From an uncultured Clostridia bacterium (GTDB taxonomy: Bacteria; Aerophobota; Aerophobia; Aerophobales; B3-G15), in the NCBI GenBank assembly GCA_964482715.1, contig CAYZYX010000005.1, positions 1-60,429 of the forward strand: a stretch of DNA of 60,429 nt. Direction: 5' to 3'. The notes beneath the pieces are model-generated. The model searched no databases and was not told the origin of the DNA. It saw nothing but the letters and a program-made list of their open reading frames with translations. A program made the translations under genes and the position numbers. Shown here in pieces: positions 29,324 through 39,269 of this stretch (positions are counted from its first letter, which is position 1; each line of letters begins with the position of its first letter).

Positions 29324-29944
29324 ATGCCAAGGATTCCTCAGTTTAATCCCACCAGGATGGAGCTTTTAAAGCAGAAGAAAAGGTTAGAAACTGCCAGAAG
29401 AGCTCATGATCTTCTGGAAGATAAAAGAGACGAATTGATCCAGAGGTTCTTACCCCTTATAAAGGAACTCAGGCTTCTTCGGAGAAGAGTTCAGGAAAAG
29501 TTAAGGAGAGTTTACTTAGATTTTCAAATGGCAAAAATGATTAACGGGGAAAAGGAAATTGAACAGGCTTTTCTTTTAACTCAAGTAAAATGTGGGGTTG
29601 AAATAGCAGGTTACTCCCCGCTTGGATCTCCCAATTTCAAAATAGTGGTGGAAGGAGACCCTCTCTGTTATGGTTTTCGTGAAACAAACTGGAAGCTTGA
29701 TGAGGGGGTTAGAAATTTCCGTGAGATTCTACCCGATCTTTTAGAACTTGCTCAAAAAGAGGAGGAGGTAAAGAGACTGGCCCGAGAGATAGAAAGAACT
29801 CGGAGAAGGGTCAATGCTCTCGAATACATATTTATCCCTCAAATTGAACAAATGGTGAAATATATAACCATGAAACTGGAAGAGAGAGAGCGTGCCCATA
29901 TCGTAAATATAATGAAGATAAAGGAGCTTATGCAGAGAGAGTAA
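29324..29944 (+). CDS. atpD: V/A-type ATP synthase subunit D
   Basis: NPTRMEL, LLEDKRDEL, TRRRVNALEY. Confidence 0.95.
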   Translation: MPRIPQFNPTRMELLKQKKRLETARRAHDLLEDKRDELIQRFLPLIKELRLLRRRVQEKLRRVYLDFQMAKMINGEKEIEQAFLLTQVKCGVEIAGYSPLGSPNFKIVVEGDPLCYGFRETNWKLDEGVRNFREILPDLLELAQKEEEVKRLAREIERTRRRVNALEYIFIPQIEQMVKYITMKLEERERAHIVNIMKIKELMQRE

Positions 29945-29952
29945 CTGGCAAA

Positions 29953-31053
29953 TTGAAAGATAAAATAGCCTGCTTCATTAGAACATACCTTTTCCCAACA
30001 GAAACTTTCATTTATGAGGCAATAAGGAATATAAAGAATTTTACAGTGGTTGTTTTGGCCTGTAACTTAATAAACACCCACCTTTTCCCTTATCATGAAA
30101 TAATCTCTCCTCCTCGAGTTTCAAAACAACTGCCCTTTTTTGGGAAATTACTGGAAAGAATTTTTTTTGCCCGAGTTATAAAGGAAAAAAGTGTAAAATT
30201 AATCCATGCCTGGTATGGATGGAGTGGAATAATGATTTTACCGGTATGTAAAAAACTGGGATTGCCCCTGATTACAAGTTTTCACGGATTGGACGTTTCA
30301 CGTCTTCCCCGCCATTTTTTTTACCGTCGGAAACTTTTCAGTTTATTCAAAAGAGGCGATCTTTTTTTAACCAGATCCTTTTTTATGAGGGATGAGGTAA
30401 TAAGATTGGGATGTCCTCCAGAAAAAGTTCTGGTCCATTACGGAGGGATAAATGTGAGCAGATTTAAATTAAAAGAAAAAACAAGAGCTCGCGAGATTAA
30501 AATCCTCATGTGTGGAAGAATGGTAGAGAAAAAAGGTTTTAATTATGGGATACTTGCCTTTTCCAGAATTTCCAGGAAATACCCCAGGGCTCGAATGATT
30601 ATAGTGGGAGATGGAAAATTAAGGCAACCTCTTGAGAAACTTGTCTTATCTTTTAATCTCCAGGATAAGGTAGAATTTTCTGGATTTTTACCTCACCACG
30701 AGGTTGAGAAAAAAATGAGAGAGGCAGATATTTTTCTTGCACCCAGTGTTACCGCCAGAAATCAGGATAAAGAAGGTATCCCCAATGTTATAAAAGAAGC
30801 CATGGCCTGTGGACTTCCTGTTGTCTCCACCTATCATGCGGGGATTCCCGAAATTGTGCGGGATGGAGAAACTGGTTTTCTGGTTCCGGAGAGAGATGTT
30901 AACCTTCTTGCTGAAAGACTGGATTATCTTCTTTCTCATCCTGAAATCTGGACAGAGATTGGTATGAAGGCAAGAGAGCTTATATGGAGAAAATTCAATC
31001 TTTTTACCCAGACACAAGAACTTGAAAAAATTTACTCAAGATTTATAAAATGA
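29953..31053 (+). CDS. GT4 glycosyltransferase (WcaL/AmsK-like)
   Basis: GRMVEKKG, EGIPNVIKEAMACGLPVV, HAGIPE; TTG start. Confidence 0.9.
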   Translation: MKDKIACFIRTYLFPTETFIYEAIRNIKNFTVVVLACNLINTHLFPYHEIISPPRVSKQLPFFGKLLERIFFARVIKEKSVKLIHAWYGWSGIMILPVCKKLGLPLITSFHGLDVSRLPRHFFYRRKLFSLFKRGDLFLTRSFFMRDEVIRLGCPPEKVLVHYGGINVSRFKLKEKTRAREIKILMCGRMVEKKGFNYGILAFSRISRKYPRARMIIVGDGKLRQPLEKLVLSFNLQDKVEFSGFLPHHEVEKKMREADIFLAPSVTARNQDKEGIPNVIKEAMACGLPVVSTYHAGIPEIVRDGETGFLVPERDVNLLAERLDYLLSHPEIWTEIGMKARELIWRKFNLFTQTQELEKIYSRFIK

Positions 31054-31976
31054 AGATAAGCATTGTAATTCCCACATATAACAGGAAAAAAGTGTTAAAA
31101 AGATGCCTACAGCTTTTGTTTGCTCAAGAGTTTCCTTCCTCTGAATACGAAATAATTCTGGTTGACAACGGCTCAACAGATGGAACAGATAAAATAGTTG
31201 CTTCTCTTTCATCTTCCTGCAGTTTTACTTACCTTGTGGAACCAAGAAGAGGACCCCATATTGCACGTAATCGGGGAATTAAAGCTGCCCGCGGGGAAAT
31301 TATAGTTTTTGTTGATTCTGATATTCTGACTCCACCTGGTTTTCTGATGGAACACCTGAAGTTTCATGAAATATACGGAGACAAGGTAATTGTTAGCGGG
31401 CCAGCGGTTAGAACCTCTAATTTAATGGACGACTTTTCTGACATTGAAAAAAGAAAAAGAAAAAAGAAGTTTTTTGATTGGTCAGGCCCTTCTCTCATTA
31501 CCTCTAACCTTTCAGTAAGAAGGGAACATCTATTAAAGGTGGGAGGATTTGATGAGGAATTTGAAGGTATGGGCTGGCATGATTGGGATCTGGGATTAAG
31601 ACTTATAAAATCAGGACTTACACCAAAAAGGAATCTTGATGCTATAGTTTATCATTACAAAGAGAAAAGAGAATCAACTGATCTTTCTGAACTTCTTAAA
31701 AAGAGAATAGAAAGAGGACGAAATGCTGTTTTATACTATAAAAAACATCCTTCTTTCAGAATAAAACTGGGAATAAGAGCACATCAGCTTTTAACTGACA
31801 GATTTTTCTGGTGGATTGATAGCTCTACAGGAGAGAGAATTGTTAACTGGGCAAGAAAAAACAGGGAGAAGTTTCTGCTTGAGCTTCTTATCCAGTGGAA
31901 ATTAGACAGAGCCTATGTTCAGGGATTGAGGGAGGGCATGAAAAAATACGGGGTTAAACTATGGCCATTGATGTGA
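31050..31976 (+). CDS. GT2 glycosyltransferase (paralog 1)
   Basis: SIVIPTYN, DNGSTDGT, FVDSD, GGFDE. Confidence 0.92.
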   Translation: MKISIVIPTYNRKKVLKRCLQLLFAQEFPSSEYEIILVDNGSTDGTDKIVASLSSSCSFTYLVEPRRGPHIARNRGIKAARGEIIVFVDSDILTPPGFLMEHLKFHEIYGDKVIVSGPAVRTSNLMDDFSDIEKRKRKKKFFDWSGPSLITSNLSVRREHLLKVGGFDEEFEGMGWHDWDLGLRLIKSGLTPKRNLDAIVYHYKEKRESTDLSELLKKRIERGRNAVLYYKKHPSFRIKLGIRAHQLLTDRFFWWIDSSTGERIVNWARKNREKFLLELLIQWKLDRAYVQGLREGMKKYGVKLWPLM

Positions 31977-32896
31977 GTGTCGTGGTTGTCTCATATAATA
32001 GAAAAAGATTTCTAAAAAAATGCCTTGAATGTCTTTTGTGGCAGGATTATCCCGAAGATAACTATGAAATCATTGTTGTTGACGATGGTTCAACCGATGG
32101 AACTGATAAGATGTTTGAGATGATGGATTATCCACAGAGAGTGCGGTATTTTTGTAGTCCAGAGAGACTCGGACAGTCTAAAGCCAGAAACAGGGGTATT
32201 TTTGAGGCTAAGGGAGAGGTGATCATTTTCACAGACAGCGATGCGTTTGCGCCTCCCTGGTTTATTCGGGAGCATATGGTCTGGCATCAAAAAGACAGCA
32301 AATTAATAGTTGATGGACCGGCAATAAATGTTTCAGGGGAAAATTATTTAAAAGAACCTCCCTTTGATTCATCATTAGTTAAAATCCTTGCTTTCTTTGA
32401 CTTCTGGGGAGCAAGCTTCATAACTGTTAATACCTCCTGCAGAAGGGAGAATCTTATAAAAGTGGGAGGATTTGATGAGGATTTTGGCAGGGGATTTGGC
32501 TGGCAGGATCGGGAACTGGGTTTAAGATTGAGAAGTTTTGGCTTGAAAAGAGTTAAAAATAGAAAGGCCTATGTCCTACATTTTCGGGCTGAGGAAAATG
32601 ATCTGGTCTGGATTGCCCAGAAAAGAAAGGAGAGAGGAGAAAATGCGGTTTTATACTACAAGAAACATCCTCTCTCCAGCGTAAAAAGGGAGATTCGTTT
32701 CCACTATCTTTTTTATGACGAACTTTTCAGAAGATTTGGTTTTGGGGGAAAATATCTTAACCTGGATTATCTAAATAAAAAGAGCAAAAGCCCCCTGTTT
32801 CCTCTGTTGAAAAAGCTTTACCTCATACAAAATTATGCGGAAGGGGTAAAAATTGGAATGCGTAAATACAATTTAAACCCGAATGACAGAAGATGA
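31961..32896 (+). CDS. GT2 glycosyltransferase (paralog 2)
   Basis: SVVVVSYN, DDGSTDGT, FTDSD, GGFDE. Confidence 0.92.
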   Translation: MAIDVSVVVVSYNRKRFLKKCLECLLWQDYPEDNYEIIVVDDGSTDGTDKMFEMMDYPQRVRYFCSPERLGQSKARNRGIFEAKGEVIIFTDSDAFAPPWFIREHMVWHQKDSKLIVDGPAINVSGENYLKEPPFDSSLVKILAFFDFWGASFITVNTSCRRENLIKVGGFDEDFGRGFGWQDRELGLRLRSFGLKRVKNRKAYVLHFRAEENDLVWIAQKRKERGENAVLYYKKHPLSSVKREIRFHYLFYDELFRRFGFGGKYLNLDYLNKKSKSPLFPLLKKLYLIQNYAEGVKIGMRKYNLNPNDRR

Positions 32897-33789
32897 TTAA
32901 GGCAAGCATCATTATACCAACTTACAATCGAAGAAAGCTGCTGGAGAAATGTCTGCAGGCCCTTTTTCATCAAACCTACCCTTCTGATCAGTATGAAATA
33001 ATCCTTATTGATGATGGATCAACCGATGGGACTGAAACCATGGTCCAGTCACTTTGCACACCCTGCAAGCTGGTTTATGTTAAAAACAAATGCAGGATAG
33101 GACAGCCTAAATCAAGAAATAAGGGAATTGAGCTTGCTCAAGGAGAGTACATAATTTTTGTAGATAGTGATATAATCGTGATTCCTCAATTTGTTGAGGA
33201 ACATTTGAAATTTCATCAAATTTACGGAGATGTTATAGTCAATGGGGAACTGATCTACATATCCAGCTTCCATGAGATTGGAAAGAAAAGAAAGAGTCTG
33301 TGGGATATATCTTTTTCCTCTTTTAATACAGCCAATGTATCGGTTAAGAAAAAATTTTTACAAGAAGTAGGTGGTTTTGATGAGAATCTTCTTCCCTATG
33401 GATGGCAGGACGTGGAACTTGGATACAGGTTAAAGAAAATGGGACTTAAAAAAAAGAAAAATAGAAAAGCTCTTGGCTATCATTTTAGAAAATGGGGAGA
33501 CTGTTCTGATCTTCCTTTTCTTAAAGAGAAAGAGTTCATGCGGGGGATAAGTGGTGCCATCTACTACAAGAAGCATCCCTGTCTCAAAGTGAAACTTTCT
33601 GTAAAGGCAAACCCTCTTTTTGCCTTTGCCTTTTTGGGTAAATGGTTAGAAGAGAATTCCCGAGGCAAAAATTTTTTTAACTGGATTAAAGATAAAAAGA
33701 TCCGCTGGCTTAATGCTGCCTGTATGAAACTCATTATTTGTCATTACTATCTGAAAGGGTATAATAAAGAAATTAAGAGAGAAGGATAA
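32893..33789 (+). CDS. GT2 glycosyltransferase (paralog 3)
   Basis: SIIIPTYN, DDGSTDGT, FVDSD, GGFDE. Confidence 0.92.
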   Translation: MIKASIIIPTYNRRKLLEKCLQALFHQTYPSDQYEIILIDDGSTDGTETMVQSLCTPCKLVYVKNKCRIGQPKSRNKGIELAQGEYIIFVDSDIIVIPQFVEEHLKFHQIYGDVIVNGELIYISSFHEIGKKRKSLWDISFSSFNTANVSVKKKFLQEVGGFDENLLPYGWQDVELGYRLKKMGLKKKKNRKALGYHFRKWGDCSDLPFLKEKEFMRGISGAIYYKKHPCLKVKLSVKANPLFAFAFLGKWLEENSRGKNFFNWIKDKKIRWLNAACMKLIICHYYLKGYNKEIKREG

Positions 33790-33800
33790 ATAAGAAAAAA

Positions 33801-35000
33801 ATGCATGTTTTCATTACTGCCAACTCTCCCGGAGAGATTGCCGGATGGGTTAAACCTCTGGCAATCAGGCTAAAAGAAAAAAATCCCCGGGTAAAAGTTA
33901 GTCTGGTAATCTGTCCCTGCCAGTATGCAAGTGGCAGGGAAATTATGGTTGCCAGAGAGTGGCCCTGGATTGATGAAATAGTTGACCCCCGCGCCTTACT
34001 GAAATATGTTCTTTTAGGACGACAAACATTTTCCTGGAATTTTGAGGAAAAATCTTGCATCCTTTTTCTGGGTGGTGACCCCTTTTATGCTGCCATTTTA
34101 TCCAGAAGAATGAAAATTCCAGCCTTCGCTTATACAGAAAGACCCGGGTGGGAAAAATATTTTAAAAAATTTCTGGTATCAAACAGCAAAGCAAAAGAGA
34201 AACTTATTCATTCAGGAGTGGAATCAAAAAAGATTGAGGTAGTAGGATATCTGGCCTTGGATTCGATTGATCTGGATCAGAAAGAAGAAGATATTTATAA
34301 TACTCTTGGTTTCCGGCCTGGAGATTTGATCATTGGTTTTTTACCGGGAAGTCGTCCCGTTGAGATTAATTTCATGCTTCCGTTTTTTCTTCAAAGTGTT
34401 GATCTTATCAGGAAAAAAATCCCGGATGCCCGGTTTCTTTTCGCTCTTTCACCTTTCTCACGTCTGGAAGATGTAAAAAAAATCCTCTCAAAGCATGAAA
34501 TGCAGGCTATAAGGCAAAGTGGTTTTACAGAAGTTGAGACATCATCAAAAAGCAAGGTAATTCTGGTTGAAAAAAATCCTCATCAGGTTATTAAAATTTC
34601 TCGCTTACTGGTGACAGTCCCGGGAACTAATAATCTCCAGATTGCCGGACTGGGAAAACCCATGCTGGTGGTTCTGCCCCTTAATAGAGCCGAATTGATT
34701 CCCATGGATGGAATAATTGGACTGATAAACCCCAAAATACCACCAGTTGGCTTTATCAAAAAGCAGCTTATTTTTAAAAAAAACAAAATGCTCAGATTCA
34801 TATCACTTCCCAACAAAGCAGCAGATCAAATGGTTGTTCCTGAATTGAGAGGTATTATAAGCCCTCAAGATGTGGCTGATAAAGTGCTTTCTCTGCTGGA
34901 AACACCGGGTTTACTTCACCGTATATCGGAAAAATTAAAAAATATACCTTTTGAGAGAGGTGCTGCCGAAAGAATAGCCAGCATCCTCTTAAATTCTTGA
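33801..35000 (+). CDS. Lipid-A-disaccharide synthase (LpxB)-related GT-B protein
   Basis: FLPGSR, VPGT...GKPMLV, ISLPN motifs; non-canonical N-terminus TANSPGE. Confidence 0.7.
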   Translation: MHVFITANSPGEIAGWVKPLAIRLKEKNPRVKVSLVICPCQYASGREIMVAREWPWIDEIVDPRALLKYVLLGRQTFSWNFEEKSCILFLGGDPFYAAILSRRMKIPAFAYTERPGWEKYFKKFLVSNSKAKEKLIHSGVESKKIEVVGYLALDSIDLDQKEEDIYNTLGFRPGDLIIGFLPGSRPVEINFMLPFFLQSVDLIRKKIPDARFLFALSPFSRLEDVKKILSKHEMQAIRQSGFTEVETSSKSKVILVEKNPHQVIKISRLLVTVPGTNNLQIAGLGKPMLVVLPLNRAELIPMDGIIGLINPKIPPVGFIKKQLIFKKNKMLRFISLPNKAADQMVVPELRGIISPQDVADKVLSLLETPGLLHRISEKLKNIPFERGAAERIASILLNS

Positions 35001-35013
35001 AGAGGCCTTTTAC

Positions 35014-36126
35014 ATGAGGATCTGTTTTCTCAGTAACTGTTACGGTGAGGATAGATCTGCTGCACTTATTGCCAGGGAGGTTAAGAAATTAAGGCCCGAA
35101 GTTAAGGTTGTAGGAGCACCTTTAATTTCTCCAGGAAGTGAATATCTGAAAAGAGGAATTCCCATTCTCACCAGAGGGAAGATTCCCCCCTCTGGAGGTT
35201 TTCCCACCAAGAGTGTGTGGGGATTTATTCTGGATCTTGCAAATCTTTATGTGCCCATAAAGTACTATTTAACTTTGAAGAAGAAAAAAAAGGATATAAA
35301 TTATGCAGTCGTTGTGGGAGATGTTCCATTGTTGGTTCTTGGGTATCTTGCCCTGCGGCGAGATACCATATTCCTTGCACCGGCAAAATCGGATTACCAG
35401 AGACCTCACTATCAAATTGAGGAACTGATTATGCGCAAGATTCCCCGGAAGGTTTTAACTCATGACCAGTACACAGCCACGAATTTGCAAAAAAAAGGTA
35501 TTCCCGCTTTTTTTTTGGGCAACCCCATGATGGATGAATTAATTCCAAAAGGTCTTAATCTGGGGGAATCTCCAATTATAGGGATACTTCCTGGAAGTAG
35601 AAAAGAAGCCTATAGAAACTTTTTAAAAATCCTCAAAGTTGTTGAACTTGTAAATGAAAAGGTAAACTTTGTCTGTGCCTTGCCAGATTCTTTGAAAATT
35701 GAAAAAATAGTAGAACTTGTAAAAAAAGACACGTGGTCATACACCGATGGAATGCTGGTAAAAAATGGTAAAAGGATTCGGCTGGTAAAGGATGGTTTTA
35801 CAGATGTAATTTCTCAGGCAGATATTATTATCGGACTTGCTGGAACAGCCAATGAGCAGGCAGCAGGTCTGGGTAAACCTGTTATTTCTTTTGCTGGCTT
35901 TGGACCTCAAACCACCCCCGGAAGGATGAAAGATCAAGCCAGACTTCTGGGGGGAGCGGTTAAGTTTATATCTAATTTTCCTCGAGGTGTCGTATCAGAG
36001 ATTTCTTTTCTTCTTAAAAACCCTGAGGAAAGAAAAAGAAGGGGAGAAATTGGAACCTTTAGAATGGGACCACCCGGGGGGGCAAGAAAAATTGCCGAAC
36101 TTATCATAAAGGAATTTAATCTCTAA
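35014..36126 (+). CDS. Lipid-A-disaccharide synthase-related protein (cyanobacterial-type LpxB-like)
   Basis: LSNCYGED, GNPMMD, ILPGSR, AGTANEQAAGLGKP. Confidence 0.72.
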   Translation: MRICFLSNCYGEDRSAALIAREVKKLRPEVKVVGAPLISPGSEYLKRGIPILTRGKIPPSGGFPTKSVWGFILDLANLYVPIKYYLTLKKKKKDINYAVVVGDVPLLVLGYLALRRDTIFLAPAKSDYQRPHYQIEELIMRKIPRKVLTHDQYTATNLQKKGIPAFFLGNPMMDELIPKGLNLGESPIIGILPGSRKEAYRNFLKILKVVELVNEKVNFVCALPDSLKIEKIVELVKKDTWSYTDGMLVKNGKRIRLVKDGFTDVISQADIIIGLAGTANEQAAGLGKPVISFAGFGPQTTPGRMKDQARLLGGAVKFISNFPRGVVSEISFLLKNPEERKRRGEIGTFRMGPPGGARKIAELIIKEFNL

Positions 36127-36160
36127 TTTTACCGCACTTGAACATTAAAACTAAACTGCC

Positions 36161-37339
36161 ATGCCAAAAACGAATTTTGCCAGAAAGTGGACTTCCTTAT
36201 TTCTTTTTTTTCTACCCTGGTTTTCTTTACTGGGGTACCTTTTTTTGATACTTTCCTTAGTTGGTCGTCTGAAAAAAATGAATTTTTTCAAGGTCTTTAA
36301 TCCATCTTTTAGTCTGTTTGATTTTGCTCTTTTTTTTCTAATTGTGACAGTGACCATTTCAGTTATTTTCTCCGTGGATCGTTTTTTAAGTCTGGGAGCT
36401 TTTTTTCTTTTTCTTTTCTATCTTCTGGCTTTATGGGTGGTTAGAAATTCTGCTCGGGAAGGTCTGGGAGAAATTTTAGTAGATGCCATTCTTCTTGCAG
36501 CTCTGGTGGTTACCGGTTTTGGGATAGTGCAGTACCTTTTTAATTTAAATCTTAATTTAAATTTCTCCTTTTTTCGTCTGAAAATATCTACCAGGGGTGG
36601 TCTTAGCTCTACATTGGGTAACCCCAATCGACTTGCCAAGTATCTGGTTTTAGTTTTACCCTTTGTCCTCAGCACCTATTCCCGGAAAAAGGGTTTTTTT
36701 AAAGTTATTTTAATTATCCTGTTTGCCATGGGTATTTTCTGTCTTGGTTTAACTTATTCTCTGGGAGGAATAGGAGCATTTGGAGTAACTTTTTTGGTTT
36801 TTTTGATGAAGAAAAGATGGAAATGGGGGATTTTAGTTCTTGCGGTAGGGGGATTTCTTTTTATGATAAAATTTGATTTCCTGCTTTCCGTTATTGAAAC
36901 GTACAGTAGTCTGGAGAATCGTCTTTACACCTGGGAAAATGTGATCTGGCCTATTTTCAGTGAACGTTCTCTATTCGGCACAGGACTTGCAACCTACAGG
37001 GTGGTTTTCTCCAGATTCTCTGGCAATTCTCTTATTGTTACCTCACATGCTCATAACCTTTATCTTAACTATCTGGTAGAGCTGGGCATTTTTGGACTGG
37101 GGGGTTTACTCTTTGTATTTATTGTGTTTTTTTTAAATTTCTGCAAAACAGAGAGTTCTTCTGATAAAAATAAGGCACTTTTGGAGGGGTGTTTCCTGGC
37201 AATATTAGGCGCCTTAGTTCATGCAAGCGTGGAAACTTATATTGACTATTTTCAGTTAGGACTTCTGTTCTGGAGTATAATCGGTCTGGGAACAGGAATT
37301 GTTGAGCAAGAAAAGATGACAAAAAAGAATTATCTATAA
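36161..37339 (+). CDS. O-antigen ligase (Wzy_C/WaaL/PglL)-family membrane protein
   Basis: Many TM segments; STLGNPN, TYSLGG, R..W...FGTG, HAHNLYL. Confidence 0.85.
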   Translation: MPKTNFARKWTSLFLFFLPWFSLLGYLFLILSLVGRLKKMNFFKVFNPSFSLFDFALFFLIVTVTISVIFSVDRFLSLGAFFLFLFYLLALWVVRNSAREGLGEILVDAILLAALVVTGFGIVQYLFNLNLNLNFSFFRLKISTRGGLSSTLGNPNRLAKYLVLVLPFVLSTYSRKKGFFKVILIILFAMGIFCLGLTYSLGGIGAFGVTFLVFLMKKRWKWGILVLAVGGFLFMIKFDFLLSVIETYSSLENRLYTWENVIWPIFSERSLFGTGLATYRVVFSRFSGNSLIVTSHAHNLYLNYLVELGIFGLGGLLFVFIVFFLNFCKTESSSDKNKALLEGCFLAILGALVHASVETYIDYFQLGLLFWSIIGLGTGIVEQEKMTKKNYL

Positions 37340-38403
37340 CCCCTTTTTTCAAGCCATTCTCCAAGATCATCAACGTATCTTTCCGCATTTTCCAGAGCGT
37401 GTCTCCAGTGGACAAGACCCTTTTCCACCAGCACCTCCAAACTCTGTCTTAAGGAAATCATACCCGAAGTGGAACCTGTTTCTATCATAGTGTAAATCTG
37501 GTCTATTTTATTTTTTCTGATCAGGTTGGCTACGGCAGGTGTTACAGTCAGGATTTCGCAGGCAGGAACCCTGCCTCCACCTCTTTTGGGCAGAAGCTGC
37601 TGACATATTACGTTTCTCAGACTCAGAGAAAGCTGGGAACGAATTTGATTTTGCTGTTGCTCTGGAAAAACATCGATGATCCTGTTGATGGCTTGAGGAG
37701 CATCAGGAGTGTGAAGGGTTGCCATAACAAGATGACCGGTTTCTGCAGCAGTAAGGGCTAAGGAAACCGTTTCCAGATCTCGCATCTCTCCAACAAGTAT
37801 GACATCCGGATCCTGTCTTAAAGCGTATTTTAATGCCTGGGCAAAAGACGGTATATCTCCACCAACTTCGATTTGTTCAACTAAGGCTAACTTATGATTG
37901 TGGAGATACTCAATTGGATCTTCTATAGTTATGATATGAACTCTTCTTGTTTCGTTTATTATGTTAACCATTGCTGCCAGAGTTGTTGATTTACCACTTC
38001 CTGCAGGACCTGTCACCAGGATCAATCCCCGATGTTGCAGGGCTATATTTCGAAGAATTGAAGGTAAGTTCAGTTCTTCTAAAGAGCCCACTGTTGAAGG
38101 AATGAGTCTAATAGCTGCTGCAATTGTTCCCCGTTGCAGATGGACATTAAGGCGAAAACGTCCTGTTCCCGGAAGAGTATAGGTAAATTCTACGCAGGAA
38201 CTGTTTTCAAGTAACTTTATCTGTCGAGGCTGCATTATCTGATAAACAAGCTCCTTTATATTCTCTGCTGAAAGTTTAACTCTACCTCCGGTCAGAATTT
38301 CTCCATCAACACGAAACATGGGTTCGGCACCAGCAACAAGATGAAGATCTGAAGCCTTTCTTTTCAAAACTTCCTTTAATAAGTGATTTATATTTAAATT
38401 CAT
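37330..38403 (-). CDS. pilT: Type IV pilus retraction ATPase PilT/PilU family
   Basis: ASDLHL, GPAGSGKST, EDPIE, VGEMRD, TLHT, AVANLIR. Confidence 0.93.
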   Translation of the reverse strand: MNLNINHLLKEVLKRKASDLHLVAGAEPMFRVDGEILTGGRVKLSAENIKELVYQIMQPRQIKLLENSSCVEFTYTLPGTGRFRLNVHLQRGTIAAAIRLIPSTVGSLEELNLPSILRNIALQHRGLILVTGPAGSGKSTTLAAMVNIINETRRVHIITIEDPIEYLHNHKLALVEQIEVGGDIPSFAQALKYALRQDPDVILVGEMRDLETVSLALTAAETGHLVMATLHTPDAPQAINRIIDVFPEQQQNQIRSQLSLSLRNVICQQLLPKRGGGRVPACEILTVTPAVANLIRKNKIDQIYTMIETGSTSGMISLRQSLEVLVEKGLVHWRHALENAERYVDDLGEWLEKRGYR

Positions 38404-38420
38404 CTTCTCCCTTTTTAATT

Positions 38421-39269
38421 TTAAGGTTTGATTCTCATATTGTCAATTAACCTCACCCCTCCTATCCTCACTGCTAAGGCCACAAGAACCTCTCCGTTAA
38501 TTTCTTTTAAAGGTTCAAGAGTTTCTGGATCAACCAGGGCAATATAATCTATTTTTGCCAGGGGTTCTTCTTTGATAAACTCTTCCAATAAAGATATAAT
38601 CCGTGAAGGATTATCCTCTCCACTTTGGATCTCTGTTTTTGCCCTTATAAGGGATTGGTAAAGAATTCTGGCCGCTTTTCTCTCCTCCCGGTTAAGATAG
38701 GTGTTCCTTGAACTCCAGGCCAGCCCATCCTTTTCTCTAATAGTAGGCATAAGCACAATCTGTGTGTCAAAGTTAAGCTCTTTAACCATTTTTTTTACAA
38801 TAAGAGCCTGCTGGTAGTCTTTTTCGCCAAAATAGCTCCTGTCGGGGAGGACAATATTGAATAGTTTAGTCAAAACTGTGGTTACTCCCCGAAAGTGACC
38901 GGGGCGAAAGGCTCCTTCCAGGGTCTGAGTGATTTTTCCGGTCACCTCTACCCAGGTGGAGAAATCTTCTCCGTACATATCTTTTTCAGAAGGAACAAAA
39001 ACAAAATCTACTCCCTCTATTTCACAGAGCTTTAAATCGCAATCCAGATCCCGGGGATAACGTTCAAAATCTTCTCCCGGTCCAAATTGTGCAGGATTGA
39101 CAAAAATACTCACCACGACCACATCACAATCCTCTCTTGCTTTTCGAATTAGAGAAAGGTGACCTTCATGTAAAGCACCCATAGTGGGAACAAAACCAAT
39201 AATTCTTCTTTTTAATTTCACTTCTCGTAGATGTTTTTTGGCAAGATTTATGTCCTTTATAACCAGCAT
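38421..39269 (-). CDS. panC: Pantoate--beta-alanine ligase
   Basis: VPTMGALHEGH, FVNPAQF, RPGHF, FGEKDYQQ, SSRN, RLIDN. Confidence 0.98.
   Translation of the reverse strand: MLVIKDINLAKKHLREVKLKRRIIGFVPTMGALHEGHLSLIRKAREDCDVVVVSIFVNPAQFGPGEDFERYPRDLDCDLKLCEIEGVDFVFVPSEKDMYGEDFSTWVEVTGKITQTLEGAFRPGHFRGVTTVLTKLFNIVLPDRSYFGEKDYQQALIVKKMVKELNFDTQIVLMPTIREKDGLAWSSRNTYLNREERKAARILYQSLIRAKTEIQSGEDNPSRIISLLEEFIKEEPLAKIDYIALVDPETLEPLKEINGEVLVALAVRIGGVRLIDNMRIKP

Noticed and set aside
36161-37339. Poly-T tracts in the ligase-family gene as phase-variation sites
   Set aside because: Tracts of about 8 nt or fewer are explained by Phe/Leu-rich TM segments in an AT-rich genome, and the frame is intact
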